A DNA stretch of 64,000 nucleotides from Candidatus Onstottus arcticum (GCA_038040485.1 JBBPIE010000001.1:152014-216013), one strand, 5' to 3'. Shown: positions 46,595 to 57,190, counted from the first letter of the stretch. The notes: generated by a model not told the origin, from the letters alone. Program-made: numbers and translations.

Positions 46595-47410
46595 TTAGTA
46601 GTTATTCGACAGACGCCCGTTCGCAAACGTCTCGGCGCTTGGAGCAACCGCGACCGCGGCGATTCGAGGCGAGCCGGCAGCCCTACTCCTTGCGCGATCA
46701 TAGCGCGCCGAGATGCTCTTCACGTAGTTCTGCGTCTCGCGATAACGCGGCACTCGATAGCCCGAGTTCATCACCGCGTGCTCGCCTGCGTTGTACCCGG
46801 CAAGCATCAGTTCGACGTCTCCGTTGAAAGTGTCTGACAAGAATCTCAGATACTTCGCCCCGCCTTCGATATTCTGCGCAACGTCGTAAATGTTTGTCAC
46901 GCCGAACCGGGCTGCGGTCGCAGGCATCAGCTGCATCAGTCCTGTTGCTCCCTTGTACGAACGCGCGCGCGGGTTGAATCCAGACTCCTGACGCATAACC
47001 GCAACCATTAGATTGGGATCTATTCCATTGCGAGTTGCCGACTTCGCGATGAGCTCGTTGTACTTGGGATTGCCCGTGGTGTTCATCTCCGGTGCGACGC
47101 TCGAGCTTGGCGTGCCGGGCATGAAGATCGGTGGTTGAACGACGATTGGTCCCTGTGCCGTGGTCGCGGCCGCCGAGGACGGAGCTTTGCTCCCGTTCTT
47201 TAAGCCAGCGGCTGGACCGCGAGCCGGGTCAGCAACGGGTTTCTGAACTGGGATTGCGATCTCGTGGACGATCATCGCCGGCGTGCGCAAAAGCTGAGAT
47301 GTATCTGCGATTGAATCGGCGTTAATCGAAATTCTGGCTTCCTGCCCCTGAGCTTCGCCTGCTGCCAGCAGCAACGCAAAGGCGGTCAGACTTATGACTG
47401 ATTTCATCAA
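46595..47410 (-). CDS. Lytic transglycosylase (SLT domain) with signal peptide
   Basis: LMVAVMRQESGFNPRARSYKGATGLMQLMPATAARFGV is the SLT catalytic E-S motif. Confidence 0.85.
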   Translation of the reverse strand: MMKSVISLTAFALLLAAGEAQGQEARISINADSIADTSQLLRTPAMIVHEIAIPVQKPVADPARGPAAGLKNGSKAPSSAAATTAQGPIVVQPPIFMPGTPSSSVAPEMNTTGNPKYNELIAKSATRNGIDPNLMVAVMRQESGFNPRARSYKGATGLMQLMPATAARFGVTNIYDVAQNIEGGAKYLRFLSDTFNGDVELMLAGYNAGEHAVMNSGYRVPRYRETQNYVKSISARYDRARSRAAGSPRIAAVAVAPSAETFANGRLSNNY

Positions 47411-47862
47411 CGATCATTCCTCGGGCCCCATCCACATGCGGAGGCCGCACTGATTGTATTAAACGTGAGTTGAATCAATGGGGGGAGTCGTTTCAACTTC
47501 ACTTCGGTAGCCAGACTTTCTCAGGAACGAAGCTTCGAGCGACGACCTCAAGAGAAGCATTCGTCGCCAGTTGCGCAGCGTTCCAAAGACCTTGGCTTTG
47601 CGACCCAGGATCACTCCTGGTGTGCCCTTATCGGCTTCGTTCAAAACAACTTAAGTGCATAGCCAGTGTAGTCTGCGGGGTCAGGGGAGTCAATAGTTAG
47701 TATTTGCAGCGGTGTTCCCGTCGCGCGATAGAATTAGTTGCTTGATGTTGGCTTCTTTGCGCTAGGCTGAGGCGGGGTTCAGCTTGACACTCAATCTCGG
47801 CCTCCGCTATTTTGAGGGGTCTCATTGTTCGCAAAAAAGCTAACAAAGGCAGTTCCTCGAAG

Positions 47863-47938
47863 GCCAGCGTAGCTCAGTTGGTAGAGCATCGGTTTCGTAA
47901 ACCGGAGGTCAAGGGTTCGAGTCCCTTCGCTGGCTCCA
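47863..47938 (+). tRNA. tRNA-Thr (anticodon CGU)
   Basis: GCCAGCGTAGCTCAGTTGGTAGAGCATCGGTTTCGTAAACCGGAGGTCAAGGGTTCGAGTCCCTTCGCTGGCTCCA. Acceptor stem 7 bp, GTTCGAGTC T-loop, anticodon loop TTCGTAA, encoded CCA. Confidence 0.85.
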
Positions 47939-48327
47939 TAGGATCAAGACTTTCAAATCAACGCCCTAGTTCTTGTAGTCCCCGGCTGCTTCCTCCCGGT
48001 TACCTTAAGAGTCGCGCCATCGAAGCACGCCTCAGCGCGTTGAGCGGATCCAACTCAACGGACCGCCGACCCCGTACCAGGGTTTCCTCAAAATGGCCGA
48101 GCATGGCCGCCATTGGCATCGAAACTGCCGCCATCACCGGTGTCAGCCAGGCGCTGCGTTGAACCAGGTCGAGAAGGCTCCACTGGTTATCACCACAAGT
48201 TGGAGATTTCCCGCTACGGGAATGATCTAAGCCTGAATTCCTCAGACCGAGGTCTGCCGCGGGGACGTGCTGGTAGCTGTAACCAAGAGACCTTTGTTGC
48301 CAACTGGTGGTTTGCAAAAGTTCAGTC

Positions 48328-48891
48328 TTAATCTATATCGGAAGCGTCGAGGATCGCCTCGGCATCAATGGTTATTTCTACGGTGTCGCCTACGACGATG
48401 CCGCCTTTGTCCATCTTGTCGTTCCAACTTACCCCGAAGTCGTGCCGATTGATTGTGGTCTTGGCGACGAAGCCGGCGCGTGTCTTGGGTCCTTTGTCGA
48501 CCCCGTCTTCCCACCAGGGCGTTTGCCATTGCCCGAGGTAGTGAACCTCCAGCGTAACAGGCCGTGCAACTCCGCGAATCGTAAGATTACCGGTCACTTG
48601 GTAGTCTACCTCGCCTATAACAATTACCTGATTGCCGTAGAAACTGATCTCGGGAAAACTCTCTACGTCGAGAAAGTCCGCGCTGCGGAGGTGCGCGTCC
48701 CGCGCTGGCTCGCCGGTCCAGATCTTGCGCGCATCGATGACGACTTCGAAGGAAGAGCCGGCAGGGCTTTTCGGATCGAAGTTGAGCGTGCCGTGCACGT
48801 CTTTAAAATGTCCACGCACATGAGTGACCATCATGTGCCGAGCGCAGAATTCGGCGGCGGTATGTCCCGGTTCAAAAGTCCATTTAGCCAT
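48328..48891 (-). CDS. YceI-like domain protein
   Basis: MAKWTFEPGHTAAEFCARHMMVTHVRGHF...GNLTIRGV fits the YceI family. Confidence 0.7.
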   Translation of the reverse strand: MAKWTFEPGHTAAEFCARHMMVTHVRGHFKDVHGTLNFDPKSPAGSSFEVVIDARKIWTGEPARDAHLRSADFLDVESFPEISFYGNQVIVIGEVDYQVTGNLTIRGVARPVTLEVHYLGQWQTPWWEDGVDKGPKTRAGFVAKTTINRHDFGVSWNDKMDKGGIVVGDTVEITIDAEAILDASDID

Positions 48892-48922
48892 CGTTACTAC
48901 CTCCCGTGAATATTAGTAGTGC

Positions 48923-49510
48923 TCAATTCCGCAAAGTCTTCAAGGCGCCGCCCCAGGCGATGACCTGGTCAAGCATGGCGTTGACAGACTTCTCTTGCTG
49001 GGGAGCCGGCTTGAAGACGCTAAAGTTCTCGAAGTCTGTGAAGAGTGAAAGCCCGACCTGCGCGCGCACATCGGCGACCTGCAACTCGCCCATCACCAGA
49101 CGCAGATTCTCAACCGCGCGAGTCCCCGATGCGCCGCCGTAGCCAACGAACCCGGCCGCTTTGTTGGTCCACTCATTGTAGAGATAATCAATCGCATTCT
49201 TGAGCGCGCCCGAAGTCCCGTGGTTGTACTCGGGCGTCACGAAGACGTAGGCGTCGAAGGACCCGATCTTGGCGGACCAATCTTTCGTGTGCTGATGGGA
49301 GTACTGGCCCATCATCGGCGACATCGGCTCGTCGAGGAAAGGCAGGTTGTAGTCTTTGATGTCCACGAGTTCAAACTCGGCGTCGCTACGCTTTTGCGCG
49401 ATTTCGTAAACCCATTTGGCCACGGTCTCCGCCTTGCGACCGGGCCGCGTGCTTCCGATGATGATGGCAATCCTTATCATGAATTCGTCCCGTGCTGTTT
49501 CCGTTACCAA
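48923..49510 (-). CDS. NAD(P)H-dependent FMN reductase
   Basis: IRIAIIIGSTRPGRKAETVAKWVYE...YVFVTPEYNHGTSGALKNAIDYLYNEW (flavodoxin-like fold). Confidence 0.8.
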   Translation of the reverse strand: MVTETARDEFMIRIAIIIGSTRPGRKAETVAKWVYEIAQKRSDAEFELVDIKDYNLPFLDEPMSPMMGQYSHQHTKDWSAKIGSFDAYVFVTPEYNHGTSGALKNAIDYLYNEWTNKAAGFVGYGGASGTRAVENLRLVMGELQVADVRAQVGLSLFTDFENFSVFKPAPQQEKSVNAMLDQVIAWGGALKTLRN

Positions 49511-49520
49511 AACTCTACCT

Positions 49521-49880
49521 TTAACGCACCCCGGCTAAAAGATTCATCGTTCGCTGCCGTCGTCCCCACGCGACGAGGCCAGTGACAACTAAAAGAATAA
49601 TCGCCATCAATGGGCTTCCTCCGACGATGAACAGGTGCGTCACAACAGCCCCGGCCATCACCCCGGCGAGTAAGAGTGCGCCCAATCCGCTCGTGCGCGG
49701 GATCAAAAGCAGAATCGCGCCCGCGACTTCCAGCGCCCCGGTCAGGTAGCGGAACCACTGCCCGACTCCGATGGTCTCGAACAGCCCGACCATTTGCTCA
49801 TTTCCCGACAGTTTCGAGAACCCCGCCATCAGGAACATCCCGGCGGCGGCGATCTGCAAAATCCACAGTACAACGTTCAT
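49521..49880 (-). CDS. DoxX family membrane protein
   Basis: MNVVLWILQIAAAGMFLMAGFSKL...TGALEVAGAILLLI. Start at internal ATG 49880; the listed ORF extends to 49943. Confidence 0.75.
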   Translation of the reverse strand: MNVVLWILQIAAAGMFLMAGFSKLSGNEQMVGLFETIGVGQWFRYLTGALEVAGAILLLIPRTSGLGALLLAGVMAGAVVTHLFIVGGSPLMAIILLVVTGLVAWGRRQRTMNLLAGVR

Positions 49881-50085
49881 GATCTTCCCGGTCGAACTCG
49901 AACCCGACCGCGTGCCTTCTATTGTTGCCTCTTCCTCTGCCATACCTTAACCACTCCTTCCATCTTCGATCATTCAAGAGTTAGTCGCGCCCATCCTGCC
50001 CTGACGGTAATCCTCAATCGCCTGACGGATTTCCGCCTGCGTGTTCATCACAAACGGTCCGGAGCGCGCGGCGTCGCTGCCACCC

Positions 50086-50349
50086 TTAATCTTTTTCTCT
50101 TTCCATCCATTCGCAAATATATGCAGCGCAGTTCTCAAGCTCCACGCCATCCGCTTCGCAACGCACGAAAAAGCACACTACGTCGCGATCGACCACGCCA
50201 ACGTCTTTCAAATCTAAAACGATGTCGCGGTAGTCCGTTTGGAGTTCAAAGAGTCTCCTCAACTCGGCTATCGCCTGTGTTTCGATTCGGCCACTTAGGA
50301 GGAATACTGTGAATCTCCCTCGCACTGTACTCTCAATCCTAAAAGTCAT
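50086..50349 (-). CDS. Small STAS-domain protein (anti-sigma-factor-antagonist-like)
   Basis: [22 protein letters not shown]...[16 protein letters not shown] is the SpoIIAA-like pattern. 87 aa. Confidence 0.55.
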   Translation of the reverse strand: MTFRIESTVRGRFTVFLLSGRIETQAIAELRRLFELQTDYRDIVLDLKDVGVVDRDVVCFFVRCEADGVELENCAAYICEWMEREKD

Positions 50350-50700
50350 TGATCAGCCACAATGCAGTCGCGGCTGTGCCGCATTGCATTCCTTCCATCC
50401 GAGCATCGATCACGAGTATCGCAAACCGCGTACCCAATTGGATTTCACTGAAAACAGGGCTCGAACATGAAATTGGAGTGACAGAATGTTAGGAAGTGCC
50501 AGAATTCTGGGAGTTCAACGAGGGGACTTATCGGATGGTGTGTTTCTTCGTATTGAGTTGTTTGATTTTCAAATCTAGCGTCGACCGCGGAATTCCAAGC
50601 TTGGCAGCCGCACCAGTTGGCCCGGCAACTTTTCCGTTGCTTTCCGTAAGAGCCGCGTCGATGAGTTCTTTTCATAGTTCTGGAGGGTCTTTGTGAGAGA
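50342..50700 (-). pseudogene. Direct-repeat copy A: degenerate duplicate of the 3' end (Fis-type HTH) of a sigma-54 activator gene plus about 170 bp of downstream sequence
   Basis: About 88% identical to 62160-62520. A 1-bp deletion relative to copy B breaks the reading frame (…GPTGAAAKLGIPRSTLDLKIKQLN… is recoverable). Confidence 0.8.
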
Positions 50701-51236
50701 ACCTTGAAAATATGTCGCCGGTAGGCACGAGCGCGACTCCCTGCCAGCACATCCGCGTCAAGAGGTCTCTCCCCTCGGCGTCGATGAACGTCACATTCGC
50801 TAAGTTCACCCTGACGGCGCTGCCCGGTCTCTCCGCAACGGCGGTCTGCCAGCATTCCTCCAGTACTATCACCCAAGGGTCCTACCAGTTTTCCCGCGAC
50901 GGTGAAATTCGTCGCTTCAGTCGCGTACTGTGTGTCGATCCCAGAATGCAAGCTATTGCTGATAGTCGGCTTCCCGCGCGTCGATTTCCTTCTTCGGAAA
51001 CGGCGAGAACCTCTGGACGAACTTCTTAAAGCGGCTAAAACGATCCGCGTATTTTATTCCCACCACTCTATTGAATATCGCCGGGACGTTCGTGGAAAGG
51101 TACATCGGGCTCGTAGTTGGATTCTAGAAGCCCTGCCTGCCTGCCGGATGGATCGTATCGATCCTTGGAGTGTTAGTCTTACTGGCGCTATATCACCTGC
51201 TTTTTGTCCGCCGGCGTGCGTAGCATGTCTTTTGAC

Positions 51237-52193
51237 TTACTCTAGTGGCGCATCCATCGGATTCACAACGAAAAGCTGTTCTCTGTGCGGAGGCTCAGCG
51301 GCAGGCTTACCCATTTTCGCTGCCGCGTTCTCTATCTCGGCATTAACCTTGCCACCGACGAGAATGGCTGCGCCCGTCAGGTAGAACCACAACATCAGGA
51401 TGATCACTGCTCCCAGGGATCCATAGGTCACGCTGTATCTGTCGAAGTAATACAGATAGATGCGAAAGCAGAAGGTCACCAGCAGCCAAAGGACGGCGCC
51501 TACAGCCGAGCCTGGTGTGATCCAATGCCACTTCCGATGATGGCGGTCCGGCGCAAAGTAGTAGATCAGAGCGAAGGCAAGTAGCAGGAAGGCGATCACG
51601 ATTGGCCACTGTAGGATGTGCGAAGCCAGCCTGAAGGCTTCACCGAAACCGAAACGCTTAGACACTGCTTTACCGATCTCACCGCCGTAGAGTACCAGTG
51701 CGAGGGCCGAGATAATCAGCACGGCGAGCGTGATAGTAAGACCGACCGCGGAGAGACGCATCCTCCAAAACGAGCGCGTTTCCTTCACCCCATACGCGGC
51801 GTTCAGAGTCTCGGTGATAGCTCCCGTTCCATAAGAAGCGAACCACAGGGCCGCCAGTAATCCAAATGAAAGCTTGCTGCCGTCAGCGTCTTTGTGGATC
51901 TCGTCAATGATAGTGTAGATGAGTTGTGAACCCGAGCGAGGCACGACACGTCCGAGGTAGATGAAGAGGTTCTTGCGCAGTTCTGTTCCCGCCTCTGCGA
52001 GATAGCCGAGCATTGCCGTAAGAAAGATGAGCAACGGAAACAGTGCGAGCAGGAAGTAGTAGGAGAGAGCCGCCGCGCGGGTGAAGAGGTCGCCCTCATA
52101 AATCTCCAGCCAGATGCGCCGACCCAACTCTCGTCGTGTTAATCCGCCGAGCTTCCAAATGGATGCATCAACACTCTGTTCTTCCGTATGCAT
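51237..52193 (-). CDS. YihY/BrkB family membrane protein
   Basis: RAAALSYYFLLALFPLLIFLTAMLGY and 6 TM segments typical of the YihY/virulence factor BrkB family. Confidence 0.8.
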   Translation of the reverse strand: MHTEEQSVDASIWKLGGLTRRELGRRIWLEIYEGDLFTRAAALSYYFLLALFPLLIFLTAMLGYLAEAGTELRKNLFIYLGRVVPRSGSQLIYTIIDEIHKDADGSKLSFGLLAALWFASYGTGAITETLNAAYGVKETRSFWRMRLSAVGLTITLAVLIISALALVLYGGEIGKAVSKRFGFGEAFRLASHILQWPIVIAFLLLAFALIYYFAPDRHHRKWHWITPGSAVGAVLWLLVTFCFRIYLYYFDRYSVTYGSLGAVIILMLWFYLTGAAILVGGKVNAEIENAAAKMGKPAAEPPHREQLFVVNPMDAPLE

Positions 52194-52410
52194 TCATTTC
52201 GAACCTAACATCGAGAGAATTCCTTCACAAGACGCGGCAATAGGGTAGCAGGCAACGCGGTAGTTTATTTGAACCATCTGTTTTGAGAGCGGGAATTTCA
52301 AACTGAACCGCTCCCCGCAACGCAACGTCATAGTTTGCCTTTAACTCCGAGCGTGGGTATGCTGTTTGTCTTGGCGCTTGTGACAATCCATCCGAAGGCA
52401 AGCGGCCTAT

Positions 52411-52790
52411 GCCGAGGAAGATTCTTGTCGTTGACGATAACCTCGACACACGCGAACTAACTCACCTGACCACTGAAGGATTTACAGTAGTGTCGCAGCC
52501 GACGGGCGTGAAGGTTTGTATATGGCCGGCGCTGAGACTCCCGATCTGATAATCACCGACATCAGCATGCCTGAACGTGACGGCATCGACATGATCAGAC
52601 AAATAAGAGAGCAGCCGGATAACAACAACATGCCGATATTGGTCTTGACCGCTTTCGGCAGCGAAGTGGTAGATCAATCAATTGCAGTTGGAGCCACCCT
52701 GCTCTGAAGAAACCCGTACACCTTGATGTGCTTCTAGCTGAAGTGAGAGAATTATTAGACCTCGGAAAGCATGGTAATTAAAGTGCAAAC
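52411..52790 (+). pseudogene. CheY-like receiver-domain gene disrupted by two frameshifts
   Basis: MPRKILVVDDNLDTRELTHLTTEGFTVVS is in frame 1. ...LYMAGAETPDLIITDISMPERDGIDMIRQIRE...PILVLTAFG is in frame 2. ...KKPVHLDVLLAEVRELLD is in frame 3. Confidence 0.7.
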
Positions 52791-53065
52791 GGCACGGGCA
52801 GGCGAGCCGATCTATCGGTTAGTGCGATATAAAGTAGTGCTGTTCGTAGCAAGTTAAAATGTCCGCTTTTCATAGCAAGTTATATGTCCGGTCTGCTGGC
52901 CCTTCCATAACGATTGCTTCTTTATAAGGTTATCCGAAAAGTTTTTGCTCAAGAAATCCGAGCAGCTTTTACACAAATTGAAATAGCCACAGAGACGCCG
53001 CCCGGCGGCGTCTCTGTGGCTTCTTGTCTGTTCTGATTAGACGATCGGCTCGTAAACGGCCATCA

Positions 53066-53560
53066 TTATCTGAACAACTCCAGCGCGACTTGGGAGAGCG
53101 CCGCCACAATAGGCTCTGCAAAACGAGTGTTGCGGCTGCGCCCGCCGCCGAGACCCGAGGCGAGAAGTACGCCTATGCCTATTCCCGCGCCGAACGCGAT
53201 AAGGGTAAGCTTGCCGGGATTCTCCTTGCCGTAGCTCATCGTCTGATCGTAGGTGTTGCCAACGACTTCGCTCGTCTTGTCGTAGGCCTGGCTTACAGCC
53301 TTCACCGTCTGATCGTAGGCAGTCTGTACTCCGCTGCCAACATCCGAAACGATTTCGCGCGCACGTTGAGGCGCAGTGCCCGCGAACCCTGGTGTCCCAG
53401 ATGGTTGCGCTGTTGCGGTAGACGGCTTGTTAGCAGCATCCGGATCCTGCTGAACGTGCCTCTGTGGCTGTGAGGTGGATTGCGGGGTTGTGTTAGACGG
53501 GTTATTAGGACTACCACCGGTCGTTTTGCCCTGCTCTGTTACATTCTTGTTCGATTCCAT
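53066..53560 (-). CDS. Membrane-anchored stress protein (DUF883/YqjD/ElaB-like)
   Basis: Hydrophilic N-terminus, central helical region, C-terminal TM KLTLIAFGAGIGIGVLLASGL. Confidence 0.55.
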   Translation of the reverse strand: MESNKNVTEQGKTTGGSPNNPSNTTPQSTSQPQRHVQQDPDAANKPSTATAQPSGTPGFAGTAPQRAREIVSDVGSGVQTAYDQTVKAVSQAYDKTSEVVGNTYDQTMSYGKENPGKLTLIAFGAGIGIGVLLASGLGGGRSRNTRFAEPIVAALSQVALELFR

Positions 53561-53588
53561 TTACTTTCCTCCTTGTTAAATTGAAATG

Positions 53589-54143
53589 TCAGTCGCGTTT
53601 ACTACCTACCTGCGTAGAGAAGCGAGAAGGTTGAACATTCGTATCGGAATTGTTCGGCGTTCTGCTCTGAGTCCGTGTCTGACTTGGCCGCGATATGTCG
53701 CCGGCTATCGCGCCACTTATCCGTTTCCTCAGAAAATCTACCGCTGCCTTCGCGATCATCGCGGTAGCAGCCGCCTTCACAGTGCGGCCCGACAACATCT
53801 TCTTCTGTATCACTCCTGCCATGACCCCGCCAACGCGGTCAGTCATGTCCTCAGTGAGTTCGGCCATTGCATCCAGAATTCGCTCTTGCGGCGTGGGCTT
53901 TCGCTTGAAGATTCCTGCTATTAGAAACCCTGCTCCGGCAGCCAACCCCAACGCGCCCACAGGATACTCAGCGACGTACTCATGCCAGTCGAACGTCTCC
54001 TGTATGCGCTCGCCGAGCTTGTCTACCGTCTCGGAGATAGACTCTCGCTTGGCGGCTATATCTTGACGAATCGCGACTGCGCTTCGATCAGGCGTCTCTT
54101 CCTGCACGCGCCGTTGAGTCGCTACGTTAGTTCTTTCAGCCAT
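53589..54143 (-). CDS. Hypothetical membrane-anchored protein (stress cluster)
   Basis: 184 aa. Amphipathic N-terminus, TM VGALGLAAGAGFLIAGIF. Overlaps the next gene by 22 nt. Confidence 0.5.
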   Translation of the reverse strand: MAERTNVATQRRVQEETPDRSAVAIRQDIAAKRESISETVDKLGERIQETFDWHEYVAEYPVGALGLAAGAGFLIAGIFKRKPTPQERILDAMAELTEDMTDRVGGVMAGVIQKKMLSGRTVKAAATAMIAKAAVDFLRKRISGAIAGDISRPSQTRTQSRTPNNSDTNVQPSRFSTQVGSKRD

Positions 54144-54541
54144 TCTTTATCCTCCTCAAGGGTCTCGATGGTCTGGCTTGGCGTAAGGCTGATGCGCTTG
54201 ATTTGGCCGAGCCCTACGGAGGCGGTTACTCCTCCCACGATAGCAAGCGTTCCGCCTATGATAAGGGCCGAGTAACCAGGGCCAACATAATTGGCTAGCC
54301 CTATGATTGCGGCCGCCGTTAGCGCCAGTATTGCTACAAGTCCGATAAGCGATCCGGTTGCGACGACGAATATACCGGAGCGAAATACGCTGACTTTCTC
54401 GCTCATCTCCTGCTTGGCGAGCTGGATCTCATCGCGGACCAGAGCAGCGGAGTTGTTAGCCAATTGACCCAGCAACTCGCCAAACGATTCGCGCGGCAAG
54501 CTTGCTTCGGGTCGCTGATCAAAGTCCCTTCGCACCTGCAT
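54122..54541 (-). CDS. Phage holin family protein (superfamily-III holin-X-like)
   Basis: LVRDEIQLAKQEMSEKV followed by two TM helices (IFVVATGSLIGLVAILALTAAAII; LIIGGTLAIVGGV). Confidence 0.6.
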   Translation of the reverse strand: MQVRRDFDQRPEASLPRESFGELLGQLANNSAALVRDEIQLAKQEMSEKVSVFRSGIFVVATGSLIGLVAILALTAAAIIGLANYVGPGYSALIIGGTLAIVGGVTASVGLGQIKRISLTPSQTIETLEEDKEWLKELT

Positions 54542-54548
54542 ACGGGCT

Positions 54549-54902
54549 TTACCTCCTCCTGAATAGAAAACCGAGCAAAAGCCCGGCAGCTCCCGCTACG
54601 AGCAGGCTGCGGCCAGGATTGTTCCGTACCTGTTTTTGAAGGTCCGCCTTAACCTTTTGCTGGTCCACGTCGCGAACGTATTCCGCTGCGTCATCCAACC
54701 ATCCGGCAGCCTGACCGGCGTAGCCGGCAACTGCGTTTTCTTGATTCTGCCCTGCCTTCTGCTGAATTGCTCCGGCAACGGCGTGCAACTTGTCGGCAAC
54801 AGTGTCCTTGATTGTGTCGAGTGTGGAAACACCGCTCGTGGATGGTGATCCGTAACTAGAAACCTCTTTCCCTGCGGTCTCACTGCGGTTCATTGGATCC
54901 AT
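54549..54902 (-). CDS. DUF883 (ElaB/YqjD-like) protein
   Basis: C-terminus QKQVRNNPGRSLLVAGAAGLLLGFLFRRR is the family-typical terminus. Confidence 0.7.
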   Translation of the reverse strand: MDPMNRSETAGKEVSSYGSPSTSGVSTLDTIKDTVADKLHAVAGAIQQKAGQNQENAVAGYAGQAAGWLDDAAEYVRDVDQQKVKADLQKQVRNNPGRSLLVAGAAGLLLGFLFRRR

Positions 54903-55065
54903 ATTGCGCTCCTTGCTCAGTTTGTTTCTGTCTGCCGTTCTTCGATGAGGTATAGCATCTCGCGAGCGCCTGCCTACGCAGGCGAGGTCTTCTGCGCCTG
55001 ATTCAGAATCACGTCCCTTACTTCCTCATCTGCCTCAGTCACAGTAAAGCGGTTGCGTTTCGCTT

Positions 55066-55213
55066 AGACGGCCCTTCGGCGGCCGCTTAACAGGTTGAAG
55101 ACCAATACTATTGCCGCCACAACAAGCAACAGGTGGATTAATCCACCGCCGACGCCGCCGATCATCCCCAGCAGCCACAGGACCAGTAGAATAACTAAGA
55201 TTGTCCAAAGCAT
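55066..55213 (-). CDS. lmo0937-family small membrane protein (49 aa)
   Basis: MLWTILVILLVLWLLGMIGGVGGGLIHLLLVVAAIVLVFNLLSGRRRAV. Strong SD (cctggaggtgaaccATG). Not in the supplied ORF track in this frame. Confidence 0.7.
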
Positions 55214-55591
55214 GGTTCACCTCCAGGTGTTAGCACGTTCTCCGTGTCGAGTGCACCAAGGCTCTATCCCGACTCCGGTTTACTCTCGAATGCTACGCGT
55301 GTTCGAGATCAGTTTCTGTGCAGTATGGGACATTCTCGAAAATAGTTGGCCGGGATTAGGTGGACTAGCCAGCAGGCACAGGCAAGGTGTAGCCAGATAA
55401 GCTGCGCCCATGATCACTCAATCAACTAGTCGGGCTAAAGAGGCGGTTAGCTTCCAGTCTTGAAAGCTCTTACCGTGATTGTTTACATTATTGGCCCGAA
55501 CGGTAATTAACAGTCACTACCTCCTAAGACCCCAGAACGGAGGCAAAGCACGATTCAAGATTATCCAGAGACCGATCTATTAAAAAAGCAG

Positions 55592-56229
55592 ATGCGCGAG
55601 TCGTTGGAACGCGAGGCGAAGAACTCGCGTGCCATCAAGATTCCGAAACACGAAAACGTCACACTATTGGAGAGCAAGACGAGATGGTCTACTTCATTGA
55701 GAGCGGGGAGGTAAAGCTGCTGATGCTCTCTTCTGAAGGCAGAGAATGTCTACTTGCTATCCACGCTCCAGGAGATGTCTTTGGCGAGCTGTGCCTGTCG
55801 GGGATAGCGGGCCGGCTGGAAACTGCGACCGCAATGGAAGACACGCGATTGAAGAAGGTTCCGTGTGCAAAGTTCCTTGAACGTTTAGCCACCGACTCGC
55901 TGCTTGAAGGTTTCGTCAAGTATCTGGCTGTGCGCGTGGGAGACCAACAGGAAGTCATCGCTAATCTGGTGACGGTTGATAGCGAACAACGCTTAGGGAA
56001 GACCTTGTTGCACCTGGCCAGACAATTGGGCAAGAAAGGCCCTCGCATTACACAGATCGAGCTGAGGATTTCACACGAAGAACTGTCGAACATGATCGGC
56101 ACAACGCGGCCACGGATCAGCGTATTCATGCAGCGATTCCGGAACCTCGACCTCATTGAATACAGCACAGAGCACCATCTAATTGTTAAGGAAATTAAGC
56201 TCACCGCTTACCTGGCATCGATTGCCTAG
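55592..56229 (+). pseudogene. Crp/Fnr family transcriptional regulator, paralog 1, apparent +/-1 frameshift near 55670-55690
   Basis: N-terminal MRESLEREAKNSRAIKIPKHENV is in one frame and aligns to paralog 2 (QMQGSLFNETKNSSPIKIGKHDHV). The rest, from MVYFIESGEVKL, is in another frame. cNMP-binding region plus C-terminal HTH (HEELSNMIGTTRPRISVFMQRF). Confidence 0.7.
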
Positions 56230-56497
56230 CCGGCTGCGCACGCCCTGTCCCATCGAATCTAAATTTTTACACTTGTCTAGTATTGAACAGCATTGAATCC
56301 GCGATGCGAGTCTTGTGGCCGCAGTTTACTAATAGGTCTACCGCGTCGGCAACGATGACATTCATTCACGACGACCCCGTAGACCGATTGGTAAGGTGTT
56401 CAAGGCCTAACTGCTTCGGCAGGTACAAAGAAAGCTTAAACGTTCGATTAGAAGGGGGCCTGTATAAAGTAATAGGCTCGAAATTGCGAGGTGGTAA

Positions 56498-56908
56498 ATG
56501 ACAGCAATGGCAACCACGTCAGAAGCAAGAAAACGGATTCTCTGGGTCGATGACCATGAGGACACCAGGAATATGATGAGTGTCCTGCTTGACCAGTACG
56601 GCTACGAAGCGGAAATCGCCGCTTCTCTGTCCGCTGCGTTGGAAAGTGCCAGGTCCGGCGGGCTCGCCTTGTGCATACTCGATCATTGGATAACCGAGGG
56701 CAGCAACGGAATTGAGCTATGTCAGCAGATTCGCGCCTTTGACTCAGACACGCCGATAATGTTCTATTCAGGCGCGGGCTATCAAGCTGATATTAAGAAG
56801 GGACTGGATGCCGGCGCGCAGGCGTACCTTGTCAAACCGGACTTTGACCATCTGGAGCAAACGATTGACCGGCTTATTGACGAAGCTGACTCCACCACTC
56901 ATCACTAG
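56498..56908 (+). CDS. Stand-alone response-regulator receiver domain protein (CheY-like)
   Basis: RILWVDDHEDTRNMM...LCILDHWITEGSNGIELCQQIR...AYLVKPDF includes the Asp pocket and the phospho-acceptor D. Confidence 0.8.
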   Translation: MTAMATTSEARKRILWVDDHEDTRNMMSVLLDQYGYEAEIAASLSAALESARSGGLALCILDHWITEGSNGIELCQQIRAFDSDTPIMFYSGAGYQADIKKGLDAGAQAYLVKPDFDHLEQTIDRLIDEADSTTHH

Positions 56909-57190
56909 TCGTTTAGGAAGTAACTCTCAGAAACGAACCTGCAAAACCTGCCCTTCACCTTATTCCTTCGGCAACGGGGAATCTGAGCTAGAGATGAGGG
57001 AGAAACCGATATCCGTTCGCGTTGACGGGCTAGAAGGGACGAGTTCTTTTAGTTCAGGGTATTTTCAACTCCGTGGATGGCAAAGTGGACAATTGTTCAA
57101 TATCGAACAGCGCCGCTTTTATCGGAAGCGCATACTTAGGTAGTCGATAAGCATTGAAAGATAAATCAGCGGAAATGGAAGAGAAGAAGT

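Noticed and set aside
56283-56501. 72-aa ORF between crp paralog 1 and the receiver gene
   Set aside because: No SD, no recognisable features, and it overlaps the likely promoter of the receiver gene. Insufficient support.
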